Assembly: GCA_964596525.1 (NCBI GenBank)
Contig: CAZQUL010000001.1
Span: forward strand, 524,830-588,829
From: an uncultured Gammaproteobacteria bacterium
GTDB taxonomy: Bacteria > Patescibacteriota > Patescibacteriia > Magasanikbacterales > GWA2-37-8
Length of the DNA stretch: 64,000 bases
Direction: 5' to 3'
The notes under the pieces were generated by a model. The model had not been told where the DNA came from. It saw nothing but the letters and a program-made list of their open reading frames with translations, and did no database searches. The position numbers and the translations under genes are program-made. Shown piece after piece: positions 1-10,046 of the stretch (the first letter of the stretch is position 1; the number at the start of each line of letters is the position of its first letter).

Positions 1-395
1 TTTTCGGATTTCTCAATTTGGCCAAGTCCGGCACGACAGCCAACTTCGTTGTAGCGCTCTTGGCCGGTATCGCGCAGTTCATCCAGGCCAAAATCATGAC
101 GACGCCCAAAGCGCCGACTGAAGCGGGTAAAGCGGGAGAAGACGAAAACATGGCTGCCACCATGAATAAGCAAATGATGTACGTGATGCCCCTTATGACG
201 GTCTTCATCGGTACCAAGCTCCCGGCCGGTTTGGCGATCTACTGGTTACTCAGCACGGCCCTCATGATTCTCGAACGCTTCATTATCAACCGCTGGTTTA
301 CGCCGCCTGCCCTGGAGGCAGCTGTTGATGTAGTGCCGACACCCGTGGGTACGACAGCGCAAAAAATCGATTCTGTCGTCAATGAAAAAAAATAA
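1..395 (+). CDS. yidC: Membrane protein insertase YidC, C-terminal part (5' end lies outside the window)
   Basis: The frame is open from nt 3. The translation ...MNKQMMYVMPLMTVFIGTKLPAGLAIYWLLSTALMILERFIINRW matches the conserved C-terminal TM5/TM6 region of YidC/Oxa1 (consensus ...PxGLxLYWxxSNLxxIxQQ...). Confidence 0.75.
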   Translation, partial: FGFLNLAKSGTTANFVVALLAGIAQFIQAKIMTTPKAPTEAGKAGEDENMAATMNKQMMYVMPLMTVFIGTKLPAGLAIYWLLSTALMILERFIINRWFTPPALEAAVDVVPTPVGTTAQKIDSVVNEKK

Positions 396-446
396 TCATC
401 CGATCGAAATTAAAAAACCGTTCTCCGCAGAGGGGACGGTTTTTGG

Positions 447-989
447 TTAGCGCTTGAAAGTGACTGACTTGCAGTCCACGATGCGGTACCGCATCTGGCA
501 GGGACGGGGTCGAGCCGCTGCTTCGGAAATGAACATGATCTGCAAGTCGGTCTTCTCTGGTGAAACGGTTCCTCTTAGCCATACGTTGTAGCGATGCTCG
601 CCGAGCAGATGGACCGTGGCGCGGTCGGTCCACCAATCCTTGATGTACGTCCCGCCTAGAGGTTTGGAAAGTTTGATGTCGGCTTTCCTAATACCCGGAG
701 GATTAATCTGCAGGTCAACATTGACCTGTGAAGCATCAAGCGTGCCGGATGAGGCCTCGCTAAAGGTAAATTCGGTATAGTAAGCGCTTAGTCCTACTCC
801 CAAGCTCTGGAGCTTGCCGAAAAGTCCTTTCGAACAGGTGCCTTCTTCGAATCCGGCGAAAAGAGCGTGCACGCACACCGTGGTTGAACGAGCGGTGTTG
901 GTGTTGGCCTGGTCGGCCCATGTCGGACGTCCTGAGTAACCAAGAAGCCCTACAAGAGTAAGTGCCTCAATCGTGCGTCTTGCGTTCAT
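447..989 (-). CDS. Secreted hypothetical protein (N-terminal signal peptide); shares an HA-x-FAGFE-x-G-x-C motif with the product of 1916..3283
   Basis: 180-aa ORF with a hydrophobic N-terminus (ALTLVGLLGYSGRPTWA). The motif VCVHALFAGFEEGTCSKGLFGKL parallels VKALHAGFEGGFCKL in the 1916..3283 product. Confidence 0.5.
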   Translation of the reverse strand: MNARRTIEALTLVGLLGYSGRPTWADQANTNTARSTTVCVHALFAGFEEGTCSKGLFGKLQSLGVGLSAYYTEFTFSEASSGTLDASQVNVDLQINPPGIRKADIKLSKPLGGTYIKDWWTDRATVHLLGEHRYNVWLRGTVSPEKTDLQIMFISEAAARPRPCQMRYRIVDCKSVTFKR

Positions 990-1111
990 TTCATAACCTC
1001 CTTAGGCCGTTGTCTACCATGGTAAAAGAGTAATAACAAGAATAATAGGGGATAGTCTTTAAAATTAAAAAACCACCGGGCGAAAAGCGCGGCGGTTGGG
1101 GGGGCGAATCG

Positions 1112-1627
1112 TCACTTTTTCTCGTCGCGGCTTTTTACGTTGTAGGTCACGGTGCAGTACGGCTGCTTGCCATCGTCGTGAAGCCGGCGGAAGGTGAACG
1201 TCAGGTCGATTTTTTCTGGCAGCAAGGTACCGTTCGCAGTGACGGCATAACGGTGCGGATCCTTGGTTGGAAACTTGATATCCATCTCGGTCGCAATTTT
1301 GAGCGGCTTGCCGTAGATGGGGTTGGGGATGGTAAGGACCGATGGATGCCAGATCTTCCCGGGGATCGTGAGCGAGAAGTCGCTCTGTTCTTTCAAAACC
1401 TGCACTTCTAGTGCAGCATTGTCGGAATTGTACTTGAAAAAGTTGCCGCGGCGGCAATTTTCCGTGATGTTCTGAAAGAACGTGTCCACCCGAAAACGGT
1501 AAATGCCGGGTTGGAGCGTAACGTGCGTCTCCCGGGGTTTCTCGTGGGCCGTAGTTCCAGTCTCTGTTGCGTTCGCCAACCCAAGACCGAAAAGGAGCGT
1601 GGTAATCAGGATCGTTGATGTGCGCAT
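1112..1627 (-). CDS. Secreted hypothetical protein (signal peptide)
   Basis: 171-aa ORF. The N-terminus MRTSTILITTLLFGLGLANA is signal-peptide-like. The region upstream is AT-rich. Confidence 0.5.
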   Translation of the reverse strand: MRTSTILITTLLFGLGLANATETGTTAHEKPRETHVTLQPGIYRFRVDTFFQNITENCRRGNFFKYNSDNAALEVQVLKEQSDFSLTIPGKIWHPSVLTIPNPIYGKPLKIATEMDIKFPTKDPHRYAVTANGTLLPEKIDLTFTFRRLHDDGKQPYCTVTYNVKSRDEKK

Positions 1628-1743
1628 GAGCCCCCCTTATGGGATGTGATGAGAATTAAGTAGCATGTAGTGCCCTAAAATGTCAATAATAAGCTTAATT
1701 TTTCTATATTTTTATCGAAATTTTAGGATGTTCCACACTATCC

Positions 1744-1772
1744 TTGACATAATCGATATAGTGCGATAAGGT
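1744..1772 (+). promoter_or_regulatory. Sigma70-like promoter (TTGACA - 17 nt - TAAGGT) upstream of the 1916 gene
   Basis: tccTTGACAtaatcgatatagtgcgaTAAGGTcac sits in an AT-rich intergenic region about 140 nt upstream of the start. Confidence 0.4.
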
Positions 1773-1915
1773 CACAGGAAATTGTCCTATTCTGTTATAT
1801 TCGACGGACAAATTCACGTTCATTTCATGCTAGAGTGAACAGGAGCTGGAAGTATTCCAGGCGACTGTTTCCACTAGGATTCCGACCAAACGTCTGTAGC
1901 TCAAGGAGGCGCACG

Positions 1916-3283
1916 ATGCGCACAACGACCGCAACGATGGTGGGACTGGGTTTTTCCGCTCTGCTTCTGGCCGTGCCGGCGACTGCGCAGGCCGAGCAGG
2001 TCCACATGGGCGCCGTGAAGGCGCTGCATGCGGGCTTCGAGGGCGGGTTCTGCAAGCTTTCGCCCAAGAAGTACGGTGATTTCCCCCGTCTCCCTTTGCA
2101 GGAGATGTACAACCGCTTCAACGCCCGTTCCGACGGTGCCGCCGTGTTCAGCACAATGGTCCGCGGCTGCCAGAGCGATTACCAGGCCAGCGTCATGCAG
2201 TGCTTCAATAACCCGCGCACCTGCACCGACGAAGAGGTCGCCCCGGCCCAGACGCCGGCTGTTCCGATGGCACCGGCGGCAATTCCGCCGGCGGCTCTCG
2301 AGTACGACCCGGCGAATCTGTCGTCGGTCGCCTTCTGCACCCGTCAGAGCGAGTCGCAGCTTCTGAGCTTGCTCACAGGTGCTGTCAAGGCCGCATATAC
2401 CAAGGTGCCGCAGCCGAATGATCCGCCGCGCCCGACCGTAGCCGGTATCCTGGGAGACATGTCCATCAAATGCTTGTCCAACTCTACCCGTCAGATTGGT
2501 CTGCCGGATTCGCCACCCCCCGCTCCGCCCGTCGTGGTGAACAACACCGCCGGCGGTGCCAATGTGCGCGTCGGTCAGCAGACCGGGGTCACCGGTGGCA
2601 ACGCTGCCGCGTATGCTGCGGCCCGTCAGCGGCAAGCTCAGCAGCAGGACCAGGGGCAGTACCAGGGTCAGAATCAGAGCCAGGATCAAGGTCAGAGCCA
2701 GCAGCAGTTCGCTACGGCCGGGGAGCAGGCTCTCCATTACCTGCGCCGAGGTGCGTTCCACACCAGCCTTATCCACCTGGGCCAGAAGTTCGGAATGGTC
2801 ATCAACCCCCGGATGTATGGCTTTACCCGTCAGCCGCGCTACGCCGTGGATGCCGGGCTAAGCCTCGGCTTCCGCCTCCCATACACGGCCTTGTTCCTCA
2901 TCGGTGAGGTGGAGTGGTACCACAACTTCATCACCGACGATGTGCCCGAAGAGGAGAAGCCGCTGGTCAACAACAACCACGGCTTCCGCGGCGGCTTCGT
3001 CATCGGCTGGGATTTCTTCGCCGACAGCGCGTACCCTGTGATGCCCTTCATCGGGTACAAGCACATCGATTTCTATCCCAGCTTCGCACCGCAGCCGCAC
3101 GCCTTCGTCGCCGGCTTCCGGTTCGGCCCGTTCAGCAACTACGAGGTCCTCAAGCGCGTCTCTCTGTTCTATGAGGCGCGCATCGTGCCTCGGGCCAATG
3201 CCTGGACTGATAGCGATACCACCCACGTGTGGGGAATCGAGCTGCGCCCGTGGCGGAACAGGTTCCGCACCGGCAACCTCTAG
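1916..3283 (+). CDS. Secreted high-GC protein with a Q/G-rich low-complexity segment and an aromatic-rich C-terminal domain
   Basis: ATG at 1916 is preceded by AAGGAGG. The signal peptide is MRTTTATMVGLGFSALLLAVPATAQA. The QRQAQQQDQGQYQGQNQSQDQGQSQQQ tract lies at 2629-2712. Local GC is up to about 75%. The track ORF begins at 1835, but 1916 fits the RBS and signal peptide better. Confidence 0.6.
   Translation: MRTTTATMVGLGFSALLLAVPATAQAEQVHMGAVKALHAGFEGGFCKLSPKKYGDFPRLPLQEMYNRFNARSDGAAVFSTMVRGCQSDYQASVMQCFNNPRTCTDEEVAPAQTPAVPMAPAAIPPAALEYDPANLSSVAFCTRQSESQLLSLLTGAVKAAYTKVPQPNDPPRPTVAGILGDMSIKCLSNSTRQIGLPDSPPPAPPVVVNNTAGGANVRVGQQTGVTGGNAAAYAAARQRQAQQQDQGQYQGQNQSQDQGQSQQQFATAGEQALHYLRRGAFHTSLIHLGQKFGMVINPRMYGFTRQPRYAVDAGLSLGFRLPYTALFLIGEVEWYHNFITDDVPEEEKPLVNNNHGFRGGFVIGWDFFADSAYPVMPFIGYKHIDFYPSFAPQPHAFVAGFRFGPFSNYEVLKRVSLFYEARIVPRANAWTDSDTTHVWGIELRPWRNRFRTGNL
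2629..2712 (+). repeat. Low-complexity CAG/CAR (Gln/Gly) repeat inside the CDS
   Basis: cagcagcaggaccaggggcagtaccagggtcagaatcagagccaggatcaaggtcagagccagcagcag encodes QQQDQGQYQGQNQSQDQGQSQQQ. Confidence 0.7.
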
Positions 3284-3319
3284 TTCACTCTTCGCTTAGC
3301 CTTCAAAGAGCTTAGCTTA

Positions 3320-3364
3320 GCCCTCCACCCCTTTACTGTTAATCCGGGGTGGAGGGCTTTTAAC
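3320..3364 (+). terminator. Intrinsic terminator-like hairpin after the 1916..3283 gene
   Basis: gccctccacccc ... ggggtggagggc forms an inverted repeat followed by ttttaacttt. Confidence 0.5.
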
Positions 3365-3381
3365 TTTCCCGCACGTTGGCC

Positions 3382-3409
3382 TTGACTTCGCGCGGTTTTT
3401 TGTTACTAT
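3382..3409 (+). promoter_or_regulatory. Sigma70-like promoter for the rpsF-ssb-rpsR block
   Basis: ccTTGACTtcgcgcggttttttgtTACTATagcc with about 16-17 nt spacing. A roughly 70-nt leader follows and may be the S6:S18 autoregulatory leader. Confidence 0.4.
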
Positions 3410-3486
3410 AGCCGTATCTTCGCAAGTTTTGGTGGAAACGCTCGATTGCTCCTCGAGGCCGCCACCCCTTATTCCACGTGTTATTT

Positions 3487-3972
3487 ATGCAGAAATACGA
3501 ATTGCTGCTTATTCTTCCAGGCACCCTCGAAGAGCAAGAAGCAGAACAAAAGTTAGTTAGCCTCACCACGCTCATCACCGAACACGGCACTGCGCCCGAG
3601 GTAATGAAGCTTGGCAAGAACCGTTTGGCCTACCCGGTCAAACATATCCGTTACGGTTACGTCTATACGCTCGTCTTCGAAGCTGAATCGGCGAACGTCG
3701 CGAGCTTACAGCAAAAGCTCTCGCTTATGCGTGATCTCTTGCGCGCCACCGTTTCGCACTACCGCGTTTCGCTTTCGGATGTGCAGAAAGTCGCTTACGC
3801 CGAAGACAAGAATGTCGTCGGTACCGACAAGCAGCCGCAAGTCGAACCGAAAAAGACCGCTCCGGTCGGTCAGACTCCGGTCCGTAAAACCGAGTCAGCT
3901 GCCGAACTCCAGGAAATTGAGAAAAAGCTCGATAAAATCATCGATCAAACCGATATTATCCCTGGCGTCTAA
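3487..3972 (+). CDS. rpsF: 30S ribosomal protein S6 with a long K/E-rich C-terminal extension
   Basis: MQKYELLLILPGTLEEQ...LAYPVKHIRYGYVYTLVFEA matches the S6 fold consensus (MRHYEIVFMV...LAYPI...G.Y). It is followed by ssb and rpsR in the canonical order. The ATG at 3487 is preferred over the GTG at 3478. Confidence 0.85.
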   Translation: MQKYELLLILPGTLEEQEAEQKLVSLTTLITEHGTAPEVMKLGKNRLAYPVKHIRYGYVYTLVFEAESANVASLQQKLSLMRDLLRATVSHYRVSLSDVQKVAYAEDKNVVGTDKQPQVEPKKTAPVGQTPVRKTESAAELQEIEKKLDKIIDQTDIIPGV

Positions 3973-4001
3973 CGCCTCTTCGCTTACTTAATCTTCTTCG
4001 T

Positions 4002-4445
4002 ATGATCGACCTCAACCGCGCCACTCTCCTCGGTCGCCTTACGCGCGATCCGGAACTCAAAAGCCTTTCAACGGGCAAATCCGTTGCTTCGGTTTCCATC
4101 GCCACCGGCCGCACATGGCTCGATCAGAACGGTCAGAAGCAGCAGCAGAGCGAGTTTCACAACGTCGTCATCTGGGGCAAAATGGCCGAAGTCGCGCACC
4201 AGTACTTGCGCAAAGCAAGTCGGGTGTACTTTGAAGGCCGCCTCCAGACCCGCGAATGGACCGGTCAGGACGGTGTGAAACGCTACCGCACCGAGATCGT
4301 TGCCGACAACATGATCATGCTCGACGCCAAAGGCATGGGTGCCGCTCCGGCCACTGCCCCTGGCGGATTCTCGAATGCTTCTGCTAACACCGCTCCTCCC
4401 GATGTCATGGAAGAAGAAATCAAAGTTGAAGACATTCCCTTCTAA
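4002..4445 (+). CDS. ssb: Single-stranded DNA-binding protein
   Basis: OB-fold SSB pattern (LLGRLTRDPELK...HNVVIWGKMAE...YFEGRLQTREW). The disordered G/A/P tail ends in the acidic tip ...EDIPF, which is the hallmark DIPF motif. Confidence 0.9.
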   Translation: MIDLNRATLLGRLTRDPELKSLSTGKSVASVSIATGRTWLDQNGQKQQQSEFHNVVIWGKMAEVAHQYLRKASRVYFEGRLQTREWTGQDGVKRYRTEIVADNMIMLDAKGMGAAPATAPGGFSNASANTAPPDVMEEEIKVEDIPF

Positions 4446-4470
4446 GTAGAACCATCCAATCATCTTAATT

Positions 4471-4686
4471 ATGCCACTTGAAAAAGCCAAAACCTGCCGC
4501 TACTGCATCAACAAAAAGCTGGTAGTGGACTACAAAGACATCGGCATGCTCGGTCGCTTCATTTCTTCGTACAAGAAGATCGCGCCGCGCCGTCGTACCG
4601 GGCTCTGCGCCAAACACCAGCGCCGCATTGCCCGCGCCATCAAACGCGCCCGCCAGAACGCGCTTTTGCCGTTCATGGCTTACTAA
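4471..4686 (+). CDS. rpsR: 30S ribosomal protein S18
   Basis: CRYC...[42 protein letters not shown] is the classic S18 signature. Confidence 0.9.
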   Translation: MPLEKAKTCRYCINKKLVVDYKDIGMLGRFISSYKKIAPRRRTGLCAKHQRRIARAIKRARQNALLPFMAY

Positions 4687-4751
4687 CGTTTAGTATTTTA
4701 TTCATGTGGGACTCTGCTTTAGCAGGGGTTTGTACCACGTAGATTACATGT

Positions 4752-5429
4752 ATGTCCAAACGTCTTACGGCTTTGCGCGACAAAGTCGATAGCAATAAAA
4801 CCTATACGCTCGCCGAAGCGGTAGCGCTTATCAAAGAATTGAGCGGCGTCAAATTCGACGCTGGCGTCGAAGTCCACGCTCGTCTCGGCATTGACCCGAA
4901 AAAAACCGACCAGCAGGTCCGCTCGACCATCGTCCTTCCGCACGGTATCGGCAAGACCAAAAAAGTCGCTGCCTTCGTTACCGGTGATAAAGAAAAAGAA
5001 GCCAAAGAAGCCGGTGCCGATTTCATTTACGGTGAAGAAGATATCAAAAAAATTAAAGACACCGCCAAGATCGAATTCGATGTCGCCGTCACAACGCCTG
5101 ACATGATGCCGAAACTCGCGATCGTCGCCAAAGTGCTCGGTCCCAAGGGCCTCATGCCTAACCCCAAAACCGACACTGTCGGCGTTAATGTCAAGAAAAT
5201 GATTGACGAGCTCAAGAAAGGTAAAATCACCTTCAAGAACGATGATACGAGCAACATCCACCAACTCATCGGCCGTGTCAGTTTTTCTTCCGAACAGCTC
5301 CTCGAGAACCTCACGGTGTTCCTCGATGCTCTGCGTAAAGCCAAACCGTCCTCGGCCAAAGGTTCCTTCATCAAGAACCTTGTCATCTGCACCACCATGG
5401 GTCCGGCCGTAAAAATTTCCGAGTCCTAA
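4752..5429 (+). CDS. rplA: 50S ribosomal protein L1
   Basis: 225-aa product. [12 protein letters not shown]...[18 protein letters not shown]...[10 protein letters not shown]...[18 protein letters not shown] are typical L1 motifs. It is unusual that rplA directly follows rpsR here with no rplK or rplI nearby. Confidence 0.9.
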   Translation: MSKRLTALRDKVDSNKTYTLAEAVALIKELSGVKFDAGVEVHARLGIDPKKTDQQVRSTIVLPHGIGKTKKVAAFVTGDKEKEAKEAGADFIYGEEDIKKIKDTAKIEFDVAVTTPDMMPKLAIVAKVLGPKGLMPNPKTDTVGVNVKKMIDELKKGKITFKNDDTSNIHQLIGRVSFSSEQLLENLTVFLDALRKAKPSSAKGSFIKNLVICTTMGPAVKISES

Positions 5430-5450
5430 AAATTCCGTATACAAAAGAAG

Positions 5451-5487
5451 AAGCCCCTGCTCATGATGTGAGCGGGGGCTTTGCGTT
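5451..5487. terminator. Bidirectional intrinsic terminator between rplA (+) and the lipoprotein gene (-)
   Basis: aagcccctgctca tgatg tgagcgggggcttt forms a GC-rich stem with T-tracts on both sides. Confidence 0.6.
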
Positions 5488-5969
5488 TAGTGGTCGATTC
5501 CGACCAGGGGTGTAGTAGGGGTGGGAGTGAACGGTTCTGGGCAGATGGTCCAGCCCACGACATGCTCGACAAGGGGCCAGTCCGGGCGTGGCGTGTGCGG
5601 GTCGGCTTCGGGTGGTAGAATCGGTATCTTCTTTTTCATGGCCGACACGCGCAGAACGAACCAGGTGGACGATCCCTCCTCGGAAGGGCGAGCGCGGAAG
5701 ATGTGGTCAGGAATTTCTTCCGAACCGGCCTTTATGACGACTTCGGTCTCATCTTTGATGTGGAGACTTACGTATTCCAAGCCCATTTCTATCTTGGTGC
5801 ATTCCCAGAGCACGCGAGTGACCCTGCGTGGCTTGGTGGTGTACACCTCATCCGCGGTGATTATCTCGGCCTGGTCTGCATTCGGTCGACCCGCGGCCGC
5901 GCTCTCTTTGGGGCCGCGGCAGGCAGACAAGAACAGCAATGCAATGAGCGTGAACAATCCAAAATTCAT
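5487..5969 (-). CDS. Lipoprotein, hypothetical
   Basis: MNFGLFTLIALLFLSACRG contains an LSAC lipobox. 160-aa product. Confidence 0.55.
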   Translation of the reverse strand: MNFGLFTLIALLFLSACRGPKESAAAGRPNADQAEIITADEVYTTKPRRVTRVLWECTKIEMGLEYVSLHIKDETEVVIKAGSEEIPDHIFRARPSEEGSSTWFVLRVSAMKKKIPILPPEADPHTPRPDWPLVEHVVGWTICPEPFTPTPTTPLVGIDH

Positions 5970-6265
5970 CGGTACTTCTCCCTCGGGTTCAAAGCATTCA
6001 CAAAGCCCATGGCAGAGACTTAATAGTTAACCATAAAAAGGCGTTCATGTCAATTCTGAACCCCTTTTTGGCTATTTTGAGCGCACAAACTACGAACTTT
6101 TTCTTGGTTTGATGCTACTTCCAGATTGATTAGCTTGTCATATATGGTGGCAGAGTTGTCTGGAAAACCGCCTGGTTACGCCGTCGACGGTCACCCTCTT
6201 GAACTTTTTTGCGGATGTGATATAGTGACAAACAACGTTTTTGGTTCGTTGGGAAACGAAGTATA

Positions 6266-7093
6266 GTGTGGCTGGGTTGCCAGCCGCGTTCTGAGCTTAT
6301 GCCGTCCATCGTCACTCCGGAGCGCCCGTGGTACCAGCGGGGTACGCGCGTCATTTTGGTGGCCATTGTAGGCTTTATTTTTGTGGTTATAACGGCGGTG
6401 GCGGTAATGACCGCCCGGTTTTACCTGCAAATCAAGCGCGGTGGTGGGGCCGATTTGGCCACGCGATTTGCGGCCGATTTAAGCCAATACAGCGGCAAAG
6501 TTTCCTCGGTTGCGGGAGGTGGAAAATCAGGATCGGCTGTAGACCGCGCCATCATCGAAAGCGATAGCGCGCCGCGTATCGGTACGCGCAATCCGCAGGT
6601 GACCATCGTTGCCTTCATTGATTTCAAATGCCCATTTTGTAAAGAATCGGTTGCGGTGGTGCGCCAGCTGGTCGGTACCTATGGCGATCGCGTGGCTTTT
6701 CAATACCGTAATATGCCGCTTGAAACCATCCATCCGGGTGCCAATCAGTTTGCCGAAGTGGCGGAATGCGCGCACCGTCAGGGACGGTTCTGGCCCGTGC
6801 ATGATTATTTCTTCAACAACCAGGAAACGCTGCCCGAGAAACTGACTAACGCTGATCTTGATGCGTTGGCCGAACGCTTTGCGCTCGATAAAACCGTTTT
6901 TGGCACCTGCCTTTCCAGCCGCCAAGGTGCGGTTGTCGTAGGGCGGGATTATGACGTGGGTTTGAATGCTGGTGTTGACTCCACACCGACATTCTTCGTT
7001 AACGGGAACAAGGTCGTAGGATCGCTTCCTAAAGCAACCTGGGAAGAGATATTGCGACGTTTTCTTGTCAACACCACACCTTCCGGCCCTTAA
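6266..7093 (+). CDS. DsbA-like thiol:disulfide oxidoreductase (thioredoxin fold), membrane-anchored
   Basis: N-terminal TM (VILVAIVGFIFVVITAVAV). A CPFC active site appears in VTIVAFIDFKCPFCKE, and STPTFFVNG is the typical DsbA C-terminal cis-Pro region. The start may instead be the ATG at about 6299. Confidence 0.75.
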   Translation: MWLGCQPRSELMPSIVTPERPWYQRGTRVILVAIVGFIFVVITAVAVMTARFYLQIKRGGGADLATRFAADLSQYSGKVSSVAGGGKSGSAVDRAIIESDSAPRIGTRNPQVTIVAFIDFKCPFCKESVAVVRQLVGTYGDRVAFQYRNMPLETIHPGANQFAEVAECAHRQGRFWPVHDYFFNNQETLPEKLTNADLDALAERFALDKTVFGTCLSSRQGAVVVGRDYDVGLNAGVDSTPTFFVNGNKVVGSLPKATWEEILRRFLVNTTPSGP

Positions 7094-7117
7094 GGAGGGA
7101 ATGGTTAAGGCTTTACT

Positions 7118-9910
7118 ATGCAACACCATGATTCCATAAAAATCCGCGGTGCGCGCGTGCATAACCTTAAGAATATCTCCATCGATATTCCCAAGGATAA
7201 GCTCGTCGTTATCACGGGGCTTTCCGGTTCCGGAAAGTCGAGTTTGGCGTTCGACACCATTTATGCCGAAGGCCAGCGCCGCTACGCTGAGTCTATGTCG
7301 TCGTATGCGCGCCAATTCATTGAAACGCGCGATAAACCGGATGTCGATTCCATCGAAGGACTTTCGCCGACCATCGCCATCGATCAGAAGATCTCCACCC
7401 AAAATCCGCGCTCGACGGTCGGCACCGTAACCGAGATTTACGATTTTCTCCGCTTGCTTTTCGCCCGCTCGGGTGAGCAGTACTGCCCGAATTGTGATAT
7501 TCCAGTAGACGCCAAAACCGCCGGTGAAATCATCGAAGAAGTGCGTAAGATTGCACGTAAAGAAGCCGAAATTGCCTTGTACGCCCCGCTTATCCGTTCG
7601 GCGATCGTGGAGAAAAAAGATTTGGTGGAGCGGGTTGAAAAATCCGGCTATGAATGGCTGCGTATCGACGGTGAAAAAGTGAAAATCAACAGTCTAGCGC
7701 ACTACATGTTTGAGAAGGATAAGCGCTACGATGTTGATTTACTTGTCGGCACAATCACGGATATTAAAAAGCAGGATCCGACGCATCTCGTAGAGACTGC
7801 GCTCGATTTGAGCGGTGGTTTGGTGGCCATCATCATCGGCGGCAAACCCCGCCAGGTACTCTCTACTACAGGGCTCTGCACCAAATGCGGCATGACCATG
7901 CCGATTCTCGACATGCGCAGTTTTAGTTTCAATAGCCCGTACGGCGCTTGCCAGCGTTGTACCGGTTTGGGCGTTACGCTCGAGGTTGACCCGACACTAG
8001 TCATTCCCAACCCCCGTCTCACTCTTGCCGAAGGTGCTATCCAGCCATGGACGCGCATCACCGGCAACCAGGGCTTTTATCAGAAACTCCTCGTTGCGGT
8101 TGCTGAGCGCCACAAGTTTTCGCTTACTACTCCAATCGGCGAAATGCCGGCCAAGGCACTTGATCTTATTTTGTATGGCACGGGCCAGGAAGAATACATC
8201 GTGGATAGCCGGAAAACTCAGTACAGCGGCGTCATTCCGGATCTCATGAACAAGCATCTTGATACCAACTCCGAATATGTGCGCAAAGAGATTGAACAGT
8301 ACATGCGCGAAAAAACCTGTTCGACCTGTCATGGCAAACGTTTGCGCAAGGAATCGCTTGCGGTGAAGATCGGCGATTACACTATTGCCGATATTGCCAT
8401 GATGAGCATGGAAGACATTAAAAAACTGCTCAAAACCAAGCTTAAGAATACTAAAGTTACCGATCTCATCATCCGCGAAATCGTGCCGCGCATCGAAAAT
8501 TTGGAGCGCGTCGGTTTGGGTTATCTCAACATTGATCGTTCGATGAATACCCTCTCGGGTGGCGAGGTGACGCGCGTACGCCTTGCGACCCAGCTTTCTT
8601 CGGGTTTGAGCGGTATCATCTACGTACTCGATGAACCGTCCGTAGGTTTGCACCCGCGTGACAACAAGAAACTTATTGAAACTCTCAAATATCTGCGCGA
8701 TCTCGGCAACACGGTTGTCGTTGTAGAACACGACGGTGCCATGATGCATGCTGCCGATTACCTCATTGATATCGGTCCAGGTGCCGGTGTCTACGGCGGT
8801 AAGGTGGTGGCCGAAGGCACGCTCGCTGACATCAAGAAAGCTAAGGGTTCGCTTACGGGTGACTATCTCTTTGGCCGTTCCAACCTTGGTTTGCTTAAGA
8901 AAGGCGATGGTAAAAAACCACCGGCAGATAAAGCTATCACGATCGTCGGTGCCAAAGCCCATAACCTCAAGAACATCGACGTTACTATCCCACTCGCCAA
9001 ACTGGTCTGCGTTACCGGTGTCTCTGGTTCGGGCAAATCATCGCTTATCATCGACATCTTGAGCAAGGCGCTTAGCAAGCATTTCTACCGCGCCAAAGAA
9101 GAACCGGGTGAGCACACGTCCATCAAAGGTATCTCGAATATCGATAAAGTTATCTCTATCGACCAGTCGCCGATTGGCCGCACGCCGCGCTCGAATCCGG
9201 CTACGTATACCGGCATCTTTAATCTTATCCGCGACTTGTTTGCTTCGCTTCCCGAGGCGCGCATGCGCGGTTACGATGCGGGCAAGTTCAGCTTCAACGT
9301 CAAAGGCGGTGGTCGCTGCGAAGCGTGTTCTGGTGATGGCCATATCCGCATCCCCATGCAGTTTTTGGCGGATGTATACGTAGAGTGCAACGAGTGTGCC
9401 GGTATGCGCTATAACCGCGAAGCGCTCGAGGTGCACTACCGCAATAAAAACATTGCCGATGTCCTTAAGATGACCGTCGAAGAAGCGCATCGTTTCTTCG
9501 GTGATATTCCGTCCATTTCCGAAAAACTTAATGTGCTGCGCGAAGTCGGCTTGGGCTACATCACCCTCGGACAACCGGCCACTACGCTTTCAGGTGGTGA
9601 GGCGCAACGCATCAAGCTTGCCCAAGAACTTTCGCGTCACTCTACGGGCAAAACTCTCTACATCCTCGACGAACCGACGACCGGTCTGCATTTCGAAGAT
9701 ATCAAGCGCTTGCTCCAGGTGCTCACCCAACTCGTCGACAAAGGTAATAGCGTCATCCTTATCGAACATAATACGGAAGTCATCCGCTCGTCGGATTGGA
9801 TCATTGATCTTGGTCCGGAAGGCGGTGAAGGCGGTGGTCAGGTGGTGGCCGAAGGAATGCCGGTCGAACTTCTTAAGACTAAGAAGGGTGCGACGGCGAA
9901 GTACTTGTAA
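7118..9910 (+). CDS. uvrA: Excinuclease ABC subunit A
   Basis: 930-aa product with two ABC ATPase modules ([14 protein letters not shown] and [10 protein letters not shown] Walker A; LSGGE signatures; YVLDEPS and YILDEPT Walker B) plus Zn-finger Cys clusters (CPNC, CTKCG...CQRC, CEAC...CNEC). Confidence 0.95.
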   Translation: MQHHDSIKIRGARVHNLKNISIDIPKDKLVVITGLSGSGKSSLAFDTIYAEGQRRYAESMSSYARQFIETRDKPDVDSIEGLSPTIAIDQKISTQNPRSTVGTVTEIYDFLRLLFARSGEQYCPNCDIPVDAKTAGEIIEEVRKIARKEAEIALYAPLIRSAIVEKKDLVERVEKSGYEWLRIDGEKVKINSLAHYMFEKDKRYDVDLLVGTITDIKKQDPTHLVETALDLSGGLVAIIIGGKPRQVLSTTGLCTKCGMTMPILDMRSFSFNSPYGACQRCTGLGVTLEVDPTLVIPNPRLTLAEGAIQPWTRITGNQGFYQKLLVAVAERHKFSLTTPIGEMPAKALDLILYGTGQEEYIVDSRKTQYSGVIPDLMNKHLDTNSEYVRKEIEQYMREKTCSTCHGKRLRKESLAVKIGDYTIADIAMMSMEDIKKLLKTKLKNTKVTDLIIREIVPRIENLERVGLGYLNIDRSMNTLSGGEVTRVRLATQLSSGLSGIIYVLDEPSVGLHPRDNKKLIETLKYLRDLGNTVVVVEHDGAMMHAADYLIDIGPGAGVYGGKVVAEGTLADIKKAKGSLTGDYLFGRSNLGLLKKGDGKKPPADKAITIVGAKAHNLKNIDVTIPLAKLVCVTGVSGSGKSSLIIDILSKALSKHFYRAKEEPGEHTSIKGISNIDKVISIDQSPIGRTPRSNPATYTGIFNLIRDLFASLPEARMRGYDAGKFSFNVKGGGRCEACSGDGHIRIPMQFLADVYVECNECAGMRYNREALEVHYRNKNIADVLKMTVEEAHRFFGDIPSISEKLNVLREVGLGYITLGQPATTLSGGEAQRIKLAQELSRHSTGKTLYILDEPTTGLHFEDIKRLLQVLTQLVDKGNSVILIEHNTEVIRSSDWIIDLGPEGGEGGGQVVAEGMPVELLKTKKGATAKYL

Positions 9911-9928
9911 AATTTCTTCATCAAAAAT

Positions 9929-9963
9929 ACAACCGGAGTATCATGCTCCGGTTGTGTGTTTTA
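9929..9963 (+). terminator. Intrinsic terminator after uvrA
   Basis: acaaccggag tatcatg ctccggttgt followed by gtgtttt. Confidence 0.6.
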
Positions 9964-10046
9964 AATAGAATTTCAAATTATTTTAAAATCCCTTGACGTC
10001 AATCTTTTTTTCTGCGAATCTACCTCCCGTTGTTGAGGAGGTTCCC

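Noticed and set aside
1901-2776. 291-aa minus-strand ORF antisense to the secreted-protein gene
   Set aside because: It lies entirely inside the high-GC 1916..3283 CDS. Its composition is Arg/Gly/Leu-rich, which is typical of antisense frames in GC-rich DNA. It has no RBS or motif.
4719-5444. 241-aa minus-strand ORF overlapping rplA
   Set aside because: It is antisense to a clearly recognisable L1 gene. It lacks a start context and has low complexity.
7997-8962. 321-aa minus-strand ORF inside uvrA (and the similar ORFs at 9038..9574 and 6527..7402)
   Set aside because: Antisense to strongly supported CDSs (UvrA, DsbA-like). No motifs.
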